Shown one piece after another: positions 44,339 through 55,647 of a DNA stretch of 64,000 nucleotides. The notes under the pieces were generated by a model. That model was not told the origin of the DNA, made no database searches, and saw only the letters and a list, made by a program, of their open reading frames with translations. The DNA comes from Pseudomonadota bacterium (GTDB lineage Bacteria > Pseudomonadota > Alphaproteobacteria > MPNO01 > UBA2964), in NCBI GenBank assembly GCA_036336885.1, contig JAYZFG010000002.1, forward strand, positions 200 to 64,199, read 5' to 3'. Position numbers and translations under genes: made by a program. Every line of letters starts with the position of its first letter. The first letter of the stretch is position 1.

Positions 44339-45655
44339 ATGGAACATGGAACAGATCTCTCTGGGCTCGCCTACGTCGTTATAACGGCATTAGCATGCGG
44401 TATGGCCTTTGCCCACTTTAAACAACCACCACTTGTTGGATATTTGCTGGCCGGTGTTCTTTTAGGTCCAACGGGATTTGAGCTGGTTCAAAGTGAGGGT
44501 ATGATTGCGGGTTTTGCAGAAATCGGCGTTTTGATGCTCCTCTTTATTGTGGGTATGGAACTTAGCGTACGAACTTTAAAATATACATGGCGCCTCGCCC
44601 TACCTGCTGTGGCTATGCAAACTACCGCCTGCTTACTTATAATGTTCTTGGCTTCTTCCCTACTGGGAATTTCAACCTCTGCCGCCATACTCCTAGGGTT
44701 TGTTGTTGCCCTTTCATCTACGGCTGTCGCTGTAAAATTACTTGAAGAAATTGGAGCCCTTCGTGCTCGTGTTGGTCGTATCACGGTAGCCGTTCTAATT
44801 GCACAGGATTTAGCCTTTTTGCCTATGCTCTTGATCGTTGAAAATCTTGGCTCCCATGGTTTTGATATGGCAGCCGCAGCACAGATTGGCATTTCCGGAC
44901 TAATACTCTTTGGACTAGTTCGAATTCTACTACAGCAAGGTCGACAACATTTACCATTCTACAAAATTATCATCGGTCATGTTGAATTATCACCGTTAGC
45001 CGGACTCGTTTACTGTTTTGGAGCTAGCGCGCTCATGGGGGCAATCGGGCTTTCACCAGCCTATGGCGCTTTTTTAGCCGGACTCGCAATTGGGAATAGC
45101 GTTGAAAGAGAGCCAATGTTAGCGGTAGTCCGACCCATTCAGAGTGTAATGCTGATGATATTTTTTCTCTCTATAGGTCTTTTGCTAGATTTAAATTTCG
45201 TTTGGAATAACCTAAGTATGGTTTTGTTCTTATTCCTTATTGTTACTTTATTTAAAAGTGCCTTGAACATTTTTATTTTCAGATTGTTAGGAGAATCATG
45301 GCAACGGGCATTTATGTCGGGTGTTATTATTTCTCAACTAGGGGAATTTTCTTTCTTATTAGCTGCGTCAGCAACTGTAGTAGCCGCAATCACACCAGAG
45401 GAATCTAAGCTGATTATTTCTGTAACCGTTTTAAGCCTTGCACTCAGTCCCTTTTGGTTATCAACAGCAAGACGCCTACAACGAATTGCGGAAAGACGGT
45501 TGAATACGCTTAAACTTGTTTTTAATGCCACTTTCGTTGGAGAACGTTTATTAGCAAGACGAAGCGCCCGATGGGCCCGTCGTTCTTCAGGAAGAATTAT
45601 GTCTAAGGCATACCAGATGAGAGAGAAAACAATCACTAAATGGCCAAAGAAATGA
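44339..45655 (+). CDS. Cation:proton antiporter (CPA2/Kef-type membrane domain, no KTN domain)
   Basis: 438-aa polytopic protein with LLGPTGF...IGVLMLLFIVGMELS, typical of CPA2. Confidence 0.78.
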   Translation: MEHGTDLSGLAYVVITALACGMAFAHFKQPPLVGYLLAGVLLGPTGFELVQSEGMIAGFAEIGVLMLLFIVGMELSVRTLKYTWRLALPAVAMQTTACLLIMFLASSLLGISTSAAILLGFVVALSSTAVAVKLLEEIGALRARVGRITVAVLIAQDLAFLPMLLIVENLGSHGFDMAAAAQIGISGLILFGLVRILLQQGRQHLPFYKIIIGHVELSPLAGLVYCFGASALMGAIGLSPAYGAFLAGLAIGNSVEREPMLAVVRPIQSVMLMIFFLSIGLLLDLNFVWNNLSMVLFLFLIVTLFKSALNIFIFRLLGESWQRAFMSGVIISQLGEFSFLLAASATVVAAITPEESKLIISVTVLSLALSPFWLSTARRLQRIAERRLNTLKLVFNATFVGERLLARRSARWARRSSGRIMSKAYQMREKTITKWPKK

Positions 45656-45706
45656 TAATTATTTATTCATGTAAGATTCATTTCCTTAATTTTAGGAAAA
45701 CGGAAT

Positions 45707-46318
45707 TTGGCTGATTTGACTTTAGAAAAACATGCTGGCGATTTAGTCGCTGGAATTGATGAGGTCGGCCGAGGGCCATGGGCCGGACCTGTAGTTGCCG
45801 CCGCTGTAATCATTGACCCCAGAAAATTATCTCTCGAGTTTGCCGGTAAAATTGATGATTCCAAAAAGCTGAGCAAGTCGAGACGAGAGCATATCGCCAA
45901 TCACTTAAAATTATTCGCAAAAATCGGAATTGGCGCGTCCGGAACAAAAGAAATTGAAAAATTGAATATTCTCCAGGCTACGCTTAAGGCAATGCAACGA
46001 GCGATCACTGCCCTGCCGATCGAACCCGATTTTGCTCTGGTAGATGGGAACCAAATTCCTAGTTTGCCATGCGCCGCAAAATCAATAATCAAAGGAGATT
46101 CTATTTCCCTTTCAATCGCTGCCGCTTCAATAGTCGCCAAAGTTACACGCGATCGGATCATGACTAAACTATCGATGCGTTATCCAGATTACGGCTGGGA
46201 ACGAAATTCGGGATATGGTACCAGCCAGCATTCAAAAGGTTTGGAAAAATTTGGGGTGACACCACATCACCGCAAAAAGTTCGCGCCGATAATCAAGATA
46301 TTGAGTCAGAACCAATGA
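45707..46318 (+). CDS. rnhB: Ribonuclease HII
   Basis: VAGIDEVGRGPWAGPVVAAAV...DSKKLS...SIAAASIVAKVTRD. TTG start. Confidence 0.92.
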   Translation: MADLTLEKHAGDLVAGIDEVGRGPWAGPVVAAAVIIDPRKLSLEFAGKIDDSKKLSKSRREHIANHLKLFAKIGIGASGTKEIEKLNILQATLKAMQRAITALPIEPDFALVDGNQIPSLPCAAKSIIKGDSISLSIAAASIVAKVTRDRIMTKLSMRYPDYGWERNSGYGTSQHSKGLEKFGVTPHHRKKFAPIIKILSQNQ

Positions 46319-46369
46319 TATAACATATATCTGGTTAAAAAATTACCATTAATTTTCTGCTAACCTATT

Positions 46370-47555
<1,186 letters not shown>

Positions 47556-47563
47556 TATAAAGC

Positions 47564-48649
47564 TCAGCCCGATTTTAAAACATGTCCAACTATTTTTTTC
47601 ATAACTGTGGGCAGCGGGTAATTTTCGATTTTCTCTGGTAGCACCCAAATAGCGCCAGCTGGACCGTCCACCGGTTTCAAATTTGCCGCTAATATTAACA
47701 GCTCTAAATGAAAATGAGTAAAGGTATGTTTGACGACCCCTGGAAGAATTCTCCAGCTACCTTTTAATGGCGCAATCTTTATAGCATTAGCAATTGACCA
47801 TTGCTCTGTCACCCAATCAGTGGAAGGTACCTCCACCATTCCACCGAGAAGTCCTCTATTTGGGCGCTTTCTCATCAAAATTCGACCGTTTTGATTGATA
47901 ACCCAGAACGCTACCCCGTATCGTAGAGGTTTTGGGACCTTTTTCTGTTTGCTTGGAAGGGTTTCATGAAGGCCTTCTTGGTAAGCAATACAACGGCGGG
48001 ACAAGGGGCAAATCATACATTTTGGTTTTCGAGGCGTACAAATTGTTGCTCCCAAGTCCATTACGGCTTGCGCAAAATCACCTGGTCGACCTCGGGTAGT
48101 ACGCGGGGCCAACTGAGCAGATAACTGCCTTATTTCATGTTTACATTTAGCCAATGGTTCCTTTACTGCATAAAGTCGAGCCATTACACGTTCTACATTA
48201 CCATCAACCACATTTGCGGGATTGCCAAATGCAATTGCAGAAATTGCGGCAGCGGTATAAACACCAATACCAGGTAAGTTTTTTAATTCTGCCTCTGTAT
48301 CAGGAAATCGGCCGCCGAACTCGGCACATAATTTAGTGGCACACTGATGTAGGTTACGCGCACGAGCGTAGTAGCCTAAGCCCTGCCAACCATGTAGAAT
48401 GTCATCTATATCTGCGGAGGCTAGGTCCATAACCGTCGGCCATCTTTCTAAAAATCTGCGAAAATATGGCTTGACGGTTGTAACAGTTGTTTGCTGCAAC
48501 ATGATTTCGCTAAGCCATACACGATAGGGATCTGCGATTTTTCCTCTGGGGGCACGCCATGGAAGGTCTCTGCCATAATGTTCATACCATGCAAGAAGTT
48601 CACGGCGCATTATCAAGGGGGAATTTTTAATTTTCTTCACTTTGCCCAC
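47564..48649 (-). CDS. mutY: A/G-specific adenine glycosylase
   Basis: LPWR...DPYRVWLSEIMLQQTTV, HhH-GPD region, 4Fe-4S Cys cluster CTPRKPKCMICPLSRRC and a NUDIX-like C-terminal domain. Confidence 0.92.
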   Translation of the reverse strand: MGKVKKIKNSPLIMRRELLAWYEHYGRDLPWRAPRGKIADPYRVWLSEIMLQQTTVTTVKPYFRRFLERWPTVMDLASADIDDILHGWQGLGYYARARNLHQCATKLCAEFGGRFPDTEAELKNLPGIGVYTAAAISAIAFGNPANVVDGNVERVMARLYAVKEPLAKCKHEIRQLSAQLAPRTTRGRPGDFAQAVMDLGATICTPRKPKCMICPLSRRCIAYQEGLHETLPSKQKKVPKPLRYGVAFWVINQNGRILMRKRPNRGLLGGMVEVPSTDWVTEQWSIANAIKIAPLKGSWRILPGVVKHTFTHFHLELLILAANLKPVDGPAGAIWVLPEKIENYPLPTVMKKIVGHVLKSG

Positions 48650-48677
48650 TCAACACCACTTGTTGATTTTTTTACAG

Positions 48678-48697
48678 CCACTTATTCTATTAAGTGG
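48678..48697. repeat. 7-bp perfect inverted repeat in the mutY / DUF721 divergent region
   Basis: CCACTTA (48678-48684) and TAAGTGG (48691-48697) with a 6-nt spacer. Confidence 0.5.
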
Positions 48698-48747
48698 TAA
48701 ATTACTTAAGAAAGACAACACTCAAATATTGCTGCCAACGAAACACC

Positions 48748-49278
48748 ATGCCATTAAAAAGAAAAATAAAATATCCACAAAGACAATTGAGGCCAAATAG
48801 GCTGCGAGCTATTTCAGAGTTGTTGCCCACTGTTAGTAAAAATTTTACACAGGGAAGAGGTTTTATTCATTCTGAAATTCTAGATTGTTGGAAAGAAATT
48901 GTCGGCGAAGCCTTAGCTCTAAATTCTAGGCCAAACAGAATACTGTTTCCAAAAGGGAAGCGGCAGCAGGGCACGCTATATATTGGCGCAAGTGGTCCAA
49001 CAGCATTACAAATTCAACATGATGAGCCAACAATTCTTCAACGAATTAATTTTTATTTTGGCTACCCTGCCATAGATAAAATTTCAATTTCTCAGGTTGC
49101 ATTTAAAAATAACCGTTTAAAAGCGGAAAAATCCGGTTTTGAACAAATTTCGCGTAAACATTTAACAAAAATCGAATCAACCACGAAAATAATTTCAGAC
49201 CCCAATTTACGTGAGGCGCTAAATAAGCTCGGTATTGCTCTTAATCTTAATAATCCCCGACAAAAACGTCAGAAATAA
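48748..49278 (+). CDS. dciA: DUF721 (DciA-like) protein
   Basis: ILDCWKEIVGEALALNSRPNRILF...GTLYIGASGPTALQIQHDEPTILQRIN matches the DUF721 pattern. I prefer the ATG at 48748 to the track GTG at 48694. Confidence 0.68.
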   Translation: MPLKRKIKYPQRQLRPNRLRAISELLPTVSKNFTQGRGFIHSEILDCWKEIVGEALALNSRPNRILFPKGKRQQGTLYIGASGPTALQIQHDEPTILQRINFYFGYPAIDKISISQVAFKNNRLKAEKSGFEQISRKHLTKIESTTKIISDPNLREALNKLGIALNLNNPRQKRQK

Positions 49279-49365
49279 TCATATCTATATCAAATTTATT
49301 AAACTGCATCCAATGCTAGACCAAAGACCTAATTTTACGCTATATATTGTGTCTAGGAGGGTGAT

Positions 49366-50067
49366 ATGCCGAATATATGGGTGTACGTTGTAGGAGGCAT
49401 GGTAGCTATTGGTGCAATTATTTCTGTCAAAAGTATTATCGGAGATAATAGCAAAAGCAAAACTTTAGCACCCCAAACCAGTTCGGCTGTTACGGCACCG
49501 ATCAAAGCGGAAGTCCCAGAGCCAGATGCGATATTCGACAAATTTGAAGTAACAAACGATGACTTCGCCTTAGGAAAGGAATTCGCACCGGTAACAGTAA
49601 TAGAATATTCATCTCTTACCTGCCCTCATTGTGCACAATTTCATCAAGCTACCTTTCCCGTATTAAAATCGGAATTTATTGACACAGGGAAAGTCAGGTT
49701 TGTTTTTCGTGATTTTCCTCTGGATCAACTAGCACTATCCGGATCAATGGTCGCGCGGTGTGCTGGACGAAGTAAATTTTTCGCGTTTATCGATACTCTG
49801 TTTGCTCAACAAACCAGTTGGGCAAATGACCCCAACCCGCTTGAGGCATTATCGCGAATTGCCCGGCTGGGTGGACTATCACAAGCAAACTTCAATAAAT
49901 GCCTTAAAGATAAGAAAATTGCCGACAAAATTATCAAACAACGAATGAACGGCGATAAAAATTTTGCAATTAATTCAACCCCGACCATCATTATAAATGG
50001 TCGTAAATTTAGTGGTGGTTTATCTGTTGAACAGTTAAGGGCTCTGCTTAGTAAACTTCTTAAGTAG
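49366..50067 (+). CDS. DsbA-family thiol:disulfide oxidoreductase, membrane-anchored
   Basis: N-terminal TM helix and CPHC active site in EYSSLTCPHCAQFH. Confidence 0.85.
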   Translation: MPNIWVYVVGGMVAIGAIISVKSIIGDNSKSKTLAPQTSSAVTAPIKAEVPEPDAIFDKFEVTNDDFALGKEFAPVTVIEYSSLTCPHCAQFHQATFPVLKSEFIDTGKVRFVFRDFPLDQLALSGSMVARCAGRSKFFAFIDTLFAQQTSWANDPNPLEALSRIARLGGLSQANFNKCLKDKKIADKIIKQRMNGDKNFAINSTPTIIINGRKFSGGLSVEQLRALLSKLLK

Positions 50068-50108
50068 TTTTACCAGTCGGTATTTTATAGTTGAGGAAAA
50101 TATTTTAA

Positions 50109-53100
50109 GTGCAATTCACTAAACTAAAACTTACAGGCTTCAAGTCATTCGTTGACGCTACCGAGCTATGGATTGAACCAGGTCTCACAGGTGTTGTTGG
50201 GCCGAATGGTTGTGGAAAATCAAATCTTGTTGAAGCGCTACGCTGGGTAATGGGTGAAACTTCCGCAAAACAAATGCGCGGTGGTGGCATGGAAGATGTT
50301 ATTTTTGGGGGTACTGACCGCCGCCCCTCACGTAATATAGCTGAAGTGGCCTTATCTATTGAAAATTTTCAAAGAGACGCACCCGCACAATATAATTCTA
50401 GCGATGAAATTGAAGTAACTCGTCGTATAGAGCGTGGAGATGGGTCCAATTATCAAGTCAACGGAACTGATGTAAGAGCGAGAGACATTCAAACATTGTT
50501 TGCTGATGCTGCATCCGGAGCCCGATCAACGGCATTAGTGAGCCAGGGACGTATAGGGGCAATAATTGCAGCCAAACCAACTGACCGCCGAAACCTTTTG
50601 GAAGAAGCCGCCGGTATAACTGGGCTGCACTCTCGGCGCCATGAAGCGGAATTAAGGTTACGGGCTGCAGAAATAAATCTCGAGAGATTGGACGATCTAC
50701 TTAGTACCCTCGAAGAGCAGCTAAAGGGATTAAACAAACAAGCAAGACAAGCCAATCGCTATAAAAATATAAGTGACCATATACGCCGTGCCGAAGCTAT
50801 TGCGATACATCATCAGTGGGTAGAAACAACGGCAGAAAAAGAAAGTGCCTTACAACAGTTGGCTAAAGCAGAGGATTCTGTCCAGACTCTCACACAAGAA
50901 GTTGCTAATGCTACGGCAGCGGATGCTGAAGCAGCTAACGCGATACCCGCACTTCGAGAGAACGAGGCAAAGAAAGCCGCCATACTGCAAGGATTTGTCA
51001 TTGCCCAAAACCAACTTGGGGAAGAAGAAGGTCGAATAGACTCAGAGCGTAAAGAACTTTTAAGCCGTATCTCTCAAATTACAGACGATTGTGAACGCGA
51101 AACTAGGCTAAAAGAGGAAGCTGAAATTGCCATCGCACGTTTAACTAATGAAGTGGCTGATATCGAAGAAGCAAAGTTTAATCAAGAGAAAGAAATAACC
51201 AACGCCCACGAAAAACTTAAAGCAGCCAACGCTGAAGTCGGAAGACTGGAAAAAATTACTAATGAAATATTGCAAAGTCTTGCCGCTGATGAATCGCGAC
51301 AAGACACTCTTAAACGGCTTTTAGATGAATTCAACGCCCGTCAGGGCAGAATAAAAGAACGTTTGGACGAACTCTCAAACGAACGCAAAGCAGCAGAAGG
51401 AATTATAAAGGGAAATGATACCAAACCAGAATTTACCTCAAAAACAGAGGATCTCCGGAAAAATTTAGAACAAACAATTTTAGGTGTAGATAAGAGCGAA
51501 CAAATGCGATCAGAGTCTTTGATAGCAGAGAATATTGCTCGCAGTGAATTACAAGATTCTGAAGCAAAGCAAAAAAAATTAAAAGCGGAAGAAGAAGCGC
51601 TTAGAGAACTACTCATTGTGGGTGATCCAAATTTATGGCCTCCAATGATTGATTCTCTTAATGTTGATACTGGTTATGAATTAGCCTTGGCAGCCGCACT
51701 TGGGGATGATTTAAATGCACCAACAGACGAAGAAGCGCCAATCCACTGGAGAGCACTTAACCCACTGGCTTCAATGGCTTCGTTGCCCGATGGCGCACAA
51801 CCTTTATCTTCCGTAGTCCGAGCGCCAGCGCAGTTAGCCCGTCGTCTTTCTCAAATCGGTATTGTTGAAGATGAAAAACTTGGCAACCAATTAGCGGCAA
51901 AATTGACTCAGGGACAAAGGTTAGTGAGTTGTGATGGCGGTTTGTGGAGATGGGATGGATACACAATAAAAGGAGGCGCTGGTAAAAGTTCTGCGATCAG
52001 ACTAACACGGCGAAATCGTCTAAAAGATTTGAGTTTCGAAATTAATAAAGCGAACCATGAATTAAACCAAGCAAAATTAAAATTCGAAAAAAGTTTATCA
52101 ATCTCCAAGCAAGCCATCGCCGCTGAAAAAAACACTCGGGAGGAATTGCGTTCTGTTGAGCATGCTTATCACGAGGCGCGCGAATTAGAAGCCTCAAATG
52201 ATCGGGTAATTTCTGAAGCGAGGTTAAGAATTATTTCTACAAAAGAAAATACTGAAGCACTTCGGACAGATAGCGCTGAAATTGAAGCCGCTATCAAGGA
52301 AGCAAATCAGGATCTTCTTTCACTAAAAAATATTGGAGAACGCCGCACATCGGCTGCTGATATGCGCGCGCAATTAAATCAAGCACGTACCTGGGCTTTG
52401 GAACAACAAAGTAACTATGACCGGTTGATTGGAGAGGCGGGCTCTAGGAAACAACGTTTAGCAGACAGGGTTGAGAGTAAGGATTCTTGGGTGCGTCGAG
52501 CAGATAACGCTGAAGATCAGCTTTATGCCTTATCAGAACGAATGAATTCAACCGAATCTGCTTTGCAGAAAGTAACACTTAAGCCAGAGGAAATTGAGAA
52601 AAAGCGTGCCGATCTACATCGAAAGATTACTGATGCCGACAAAGCTCGAACAGAAGCGGCCAATGAATTGTCTAAAGGGGAGCTCAAGTTAACTACTACG
52701 AGTAAAATTCTGCGAGAAGTCGAAGCAAGTTTGGGGAAAGAACGTGAGGAACGCGTGCGGTGTGAATCCGTTAAGGACCAAATCGATCAAGTTATTTTGT
52801 TGATTGTGGAGCGCGCAAATGAACGAATCAAATGCGGCCCAGCCAACGCTTTAAAAGAAGTGGGGGTTGCCAATGATGAAAAACTCCCGTCAAGAGACAG
52901 GATTGAGGTGCGTGTAGAACGGTTGAAACGTGAGCGTGAAAATATGGGAGCAGTAAATTTGCGCGCTGAATACGAGGCAAATGAATTAAGTGAGCGAATT
53001 CAAGTAATGGTAGCCGAGCGCGAGGACTTAGTTTCAGCGATCGCGCGGCTCCGTCAGGGAATTGCTAGTCTTAACCGCGAAGGCCGGACACTTCTATTGG

Positions 53101-53570
53101 CTGCATTTGATGAAGTAAATAGTCACTTCACATCGCTCTTCACCAATTTATTTGGAGGTGGAAAAGCATACCTCGCATTAACCGAAGCAGAAGATCCTCT
53201 TGAAGCTGGTTTGGAAATTATGGCAAGTCCACCCGGAAAAAAAATGCAGACGTTATCTCTATTATCCGGCGGGGAACAAGCCTTAACAGCTATAGCTTTG
53301 CTTTTTGCAGTATTTTTGACTAACCCGGCACCAATTTGTGTTCTCGACGAAGTTGATGCACCCCTTGATGATGCAAATGTAGAAAGATTTTGTCAATTAA
53401 TCCAAGAAATTTCTGATCAAACAAATACCCGATTTATGCTTGTTACTCATCACCGATTAACTATGGCTCGTATGGATCGATTGTTTGGAGTAACTATGAG
53501 TGAACGCGGTGTGTCCCAACTTGTATCAGTGGATCTCCAAGCGGCAGAGCAGCTTCGAGATAGCGCCTAA
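50109..53570 (+). CDS. smc: Chromosome partition protein Smc
   Basis: 1153 aa with Walker A GPNGCGKSN, long coiled coils, a hinge, the signature LSGGEQALTAIALLFA and Walker B CVLDEVDAPLD. GTG start. Confidence 0.94.
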   Translation: MQFTKLKLTGFKSFVDATELWIEPGLTGVVGPNGCGKSNLVEALRWVMGETSAKQMRGGGMEDVIFGGTDRRPSRNIAEVALSIENFQRDAPAQYNSSDEIEVTRRIERGDGSNYQVNGTDVRARDIQTLFADAASGARSTALVSQGRIGAIIAAKPTDRRNLLEEAAGITGLHSRRHEAELRLRAAEINLERLDDLLSTLEEQLKGLNKQARQANRYKNISDHIRRAEAIAIHHQWVETTAEKESALQQLAKAEDSVQTLTQEVANATAADAEAANAIPALRENEAKKAAILQGFVIAQNQLGEEEGRIDSERKELLSRISQITDDCERETRLKEEAEIAIARLTNEVADIEEAKFNQEKEITNAHEKLKAANAEVGRLEKITNEILQSLAADESRQDTLKRLLDEFNARQGRIKERLDELSNERKAAEGIIKGNDTKPEFTSKTEDLRKNLEQTILGVDKSEQMRSESLIAENIARSELQDSEAKQKKLKAEEEALRELLIVGDPNLWPPMIDSLNVDTGYELALAAALGDDLNAPTDEEAPIHWRALNPLASMASLPDGAQPLSSVVRAPAQLARRLSQIGIVEDEKLGNQLAAKLTQGQRLVSCDGGLWRWDGYTIKGGAGKSSAIRLTRRNRLKDLSFEINKANHELNQAKLKFEKSLSISKQAIAAEKNTREELRSVEHAYHEARELEASNDRVISEARLRIISTKENTEALRTDSAEIEAAIKEANQDLLSLKNIGERRTSAADMRAQLNQARTWALEQQSNYDRLIGEAGSRKQRLADRVESKDSWVRRADNAEDQLYALSERMNSTESALQKVTLKPEEIEKKRADLHRKITDADKARTEAANELSKGELKLTTTSKILREVEASLGKEREERVRCESVKDQIDQVILLIVERANERIKCGPANALKEVGVANDEKLPSRDRIEVRVERLKRERENMGAVNLRAEYEANELSERIQVMVAEREDLVSAIARLRQGIASLNREGRTLLLAAFDEVNSHFTSLFTNLFGGGKAYLALTEAEDPLEAGLEIMASPPGKKMQTLSLLSGGEQALTAIALLFAVFLTNPAPICVLDEVDAPLDDANVERFCQLIQEISDQTNTRFMLVTHHRLTMARMDRLFGVTMSERGVSQLVSVDLQAAEQLRDSA

Positions 53571-53635
53571 TCTGTTTATAATTTTGTTAAAATTTACTAT
53601 TAATTATCAACTACTTAGGTTTTTATTTTTGAGCC

Positions 53636-53664
53636 TTGACAGGGTTAAAGGTCCACCCTAAGGT
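53636..53664 (+). promoter_or_regulatory. Candidate sigma70-type promoter for the F0 operon
   Basis: TTGACA (53636-53641), a 17-nt spacer, then TAAGGT (53659-53664), preceded by a T-rich tract. It lies about 60 nt upstream of atpI. Confidence 0.3.
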
Positions 53665-53723
53665 GCCCCCGCCTTGAGGGAAGGGACGTAAGCTGTCGAG
53701 TGACGCTAGGGGCGTAATTAGCC

Positions 53724-54062
53724 ATGACCGAGCAAAATAAATCCTCGTCTGTACAGGATCTTAATGCCCGGCTAAAGCGGGCACGTCGGGACGCTGAAAG
53801 TACGGCAGCGGGACCCAACTCTAAAAGGTATAGTCGCCACGGCCTTGGTTTGGCAATGAGATTAGGTGTTGAAATCGTTTCGGCTCTAGTAATTGGAGTG
53901 GGCATTGGATTGCTGATTGATTATTGGCTCGGAACGAAACCATGGTTTATGTTGCTATTTTTTGTGTTTGGTTCAGTTGCAGGATTTTTTAATGTTTATC
54001 GCGTCACTACCGGAATTGGACAGAGCGTTGGTTACCGACGAAATAACGATGACAACAAATAA
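53724..54062 (+). CDS. atpI: ATP synthase protein I (AtpI-like)
   Basis: 112 aa with a basic N-terminus and two TM helices, located directly upstream of atpB. Confidence 0.72.
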   Translation: MTEQNKSSSVQDLNARLKRARRDAESTAAGPNSKRYSRHGLGLAMRLGVEIVSALVIGVGIGLLIDYWLGTKPWFMLLFFVFGSVAGFFNVYRVTTGIGQSVGYRRNNDDNK

Positions 54063-54097
54063 TAAAACACTGCAAATAAGGTTTTTGAGAGGTTAAA

Positions 54098-54835
54098 TTG
54101 GCAGCGGAAGGCCACAGTCCCCTTGCGCAATTTGAAATAAAAACGCTGATCCCATTGCAACTGGGTGATTTTGACGTTTCTTATACAAATTCTGCGCTTT
54201 TTATGTCGCTAACTCTAATTCTAGTGACTCTATTTTTGATTTTAGGTGTTCGTCGGCGTGCGCTTGTACCAGGACGTTGGCAGTCCATGGCAGAGATATC
54301 ATATGAATTTGTCTCGAATTTATTACGCGATACAGTAGGTAATGAAGGTCGAAAATACTTTCCCTTTGTATTTTCACTTTTTATGTTCATTTTGTTCGGA
54401 AATATGTTGGGAATGATTCCCTACAGTTTCACTTTCACTAGCCATGTTATTGTAACGTTTGCTATGGCATTAACAGTTTTTGTTGGTGTAACTATTTTAG
54501 GTTTTGTAAAACACGGTATACATTTTTTTAGCTTTTTTGTGCCACCCGGGGTCTCCATAATATTATGGCCACTAATGATCCCGATCGAGGTAATTTCATA
54601 TTTATCGCGCCCTATTAGCCTTGCTGTCCGGTTATTTGCTAATTTAACCGCTGGGCATACCATGCTTAAGGTGTTTGCTGGTTTCGTTGTTAGTTTAGGA
54701 ATCGTTGGCGGATTTCTGCCCTTTGCATTCGTCGTCGCTCTTACCGGTTTAGAACTACTCATTGCTTTTTTACAGGCGTATGTTTTTACGATATTGACCT
54801 GCTTTTACATTAACGACGCCATACACTTACATTAA
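54098..54835 (+). CDS. atpB: F0F1 ATP synthase subunit a
   Basis: LSRPISLAVRLFANLTAGH with the essential Arg. 245 aa. TTG start. Confidence 0.93.
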   Translation: MAAEGHSPLAQFEIKTLIPLQLGDFDVSYTNSALFMSLTLILVTLFLILGVRRRALVPGRWQSMAEISYEFVSNLLRDTVGNEGRKYFPFVFSLFMFILFGNMLGMIPYSFTFTSHVIVTFAMALTVFVGVTILGFVKHGIHFFSFFVPPGVSIILWPLMIPIEVISYLSRPISLAVRLFANLTAGHTMLKVFAGFVVSLGIVGGFLPFAFVVALTGLELLIAFLQAYVFTILTCFYINDAIHLH

Positions 54836-54875
54836 CTCAGGTATAGGAAGAACTAGGAAAGAAAGGATAAGTCTA

Positions 54876-55103
54876 ATGGAAGCTGCTGCAGCTAAATTAA
54901 TTGGTGCGGGCCTTGCCGCAATCGGTGTTATTGGCGCTGGTATCGGCATAGGAAATATATTTGCCGCATTCATCTCATCTGTTGCCCGTAATCCAGCCGC
55001 TGCTGACAATGTCACAGCCATGACCTGGATTGGATTTGCGCTTGTGGAAGCGATAGCACTTTACGCTCTAGTTGTGGCATTGCTTTTGCTCTTTGTATTT
55101 TAA
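54876..55103 (+). CDS. atpE: F0F1 ATP synthase subunit c
   Basis: 75-aa hairpin protein with GAGIGIGNIF...ARNP...FALVEAIALY (carboxylate Glu). Confidence 0.93.
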   Translation: MEAAAAKLIGAGLAAIGVIGAGIGIGNIFAAFISSVARNPAAADNVTAMTWIGFALVEAIALYALVVALLLLFVF

Positions 55104-55149
55104 TCCATGCAGGAAATTATACGGACCAATAATTAAAAAGCACCAAACT

Positions 55150-55647
55150 ATGCCACAATTAGATCCAACTACGTTTGCTCCCCAGTTATTTTGGCTGGTG
55201 GTTACATTTTTCCTTCTGTATTTGGTCATGTGGAAACTTGTCATACCTAAAATTGGTGAAATTTTACAAGACCGTCAAATACGTATTGATAATGACCTAG
55301 ACAAGGCGGAACATCTAAAAATTGAAGCTGAAGGTGCCCGTGAGGCCTACGAAAAAGTAATTATTGACGGCCGGGAAAAGGTCCAGGAGATCATCAAAAC
55401 AGCTGCCGAACAAATCAGTACGGAAACGACGGCACAGCACGACGCACTAACTGAAAAACTTGCAGTTCAAACATCTAAGGCAGAAAAACAAATTAACATT
55501 GTAAAAGAAAAAGCCTTAGATGAAATTCGTTTAGTTGCAACTGAGGTTACACAAGCAGCGGCGAGGCGTTTAACCGATCAGGAGATCTCGTATACCCAGG
55601 CCCAAGATGCCGTATCAACGGTTATCGAAGAAGGGAAATTTCGTTAA
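55150..55647 (+). CDS. atpF2: F0F1 ATP synthase subunit b'
   Basis: MPQLDPTTFAPQLFWLVVTFFLLY then a long charged helix. I chose the ATG at 55150 because the track start at 55072 overlaps atpE. Confidence 0.85.
   Translation: MPQLDPTTFAPQLFWLVVTFFLLYLVMWKLVIPKIGEILQDRQIRIDNDLDKAEHLKIEAEGAREAYEKVIIDGREKVQEIIKTAAEQISTETTAQHDALTEKLAVQTSKAEKQINIVKEKALDEIRLVATEVTQAAARRLTDQEISYTQAQDAVSTVIEEGKFR

Noticed and set aside
46335-46352. Possible CtrA box upstream of ccrM (TTAA...TTAA, TTACCAT)
   Set aside because: The TTAA half-sites are spaced by 10 nt rather than 7, and the 8-mer differs from TTAACCAT. This is too degenerate to call, so it is mentioned only as context for the GANTC cluster.
55072-55149. 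N-terminal extensions of track ORFs (atpF' from 55072, HIBADH-like from 28541, Slt from 39479, DUF721 from 48694)
   Set aside because: The extensions overlap upstream genes or lack RBS support. Internal ATG codons give N-termini that match the family (MPQLDP..., MTIKTLGFIGIGNMG..., a signal peptide, MPLKRK...).
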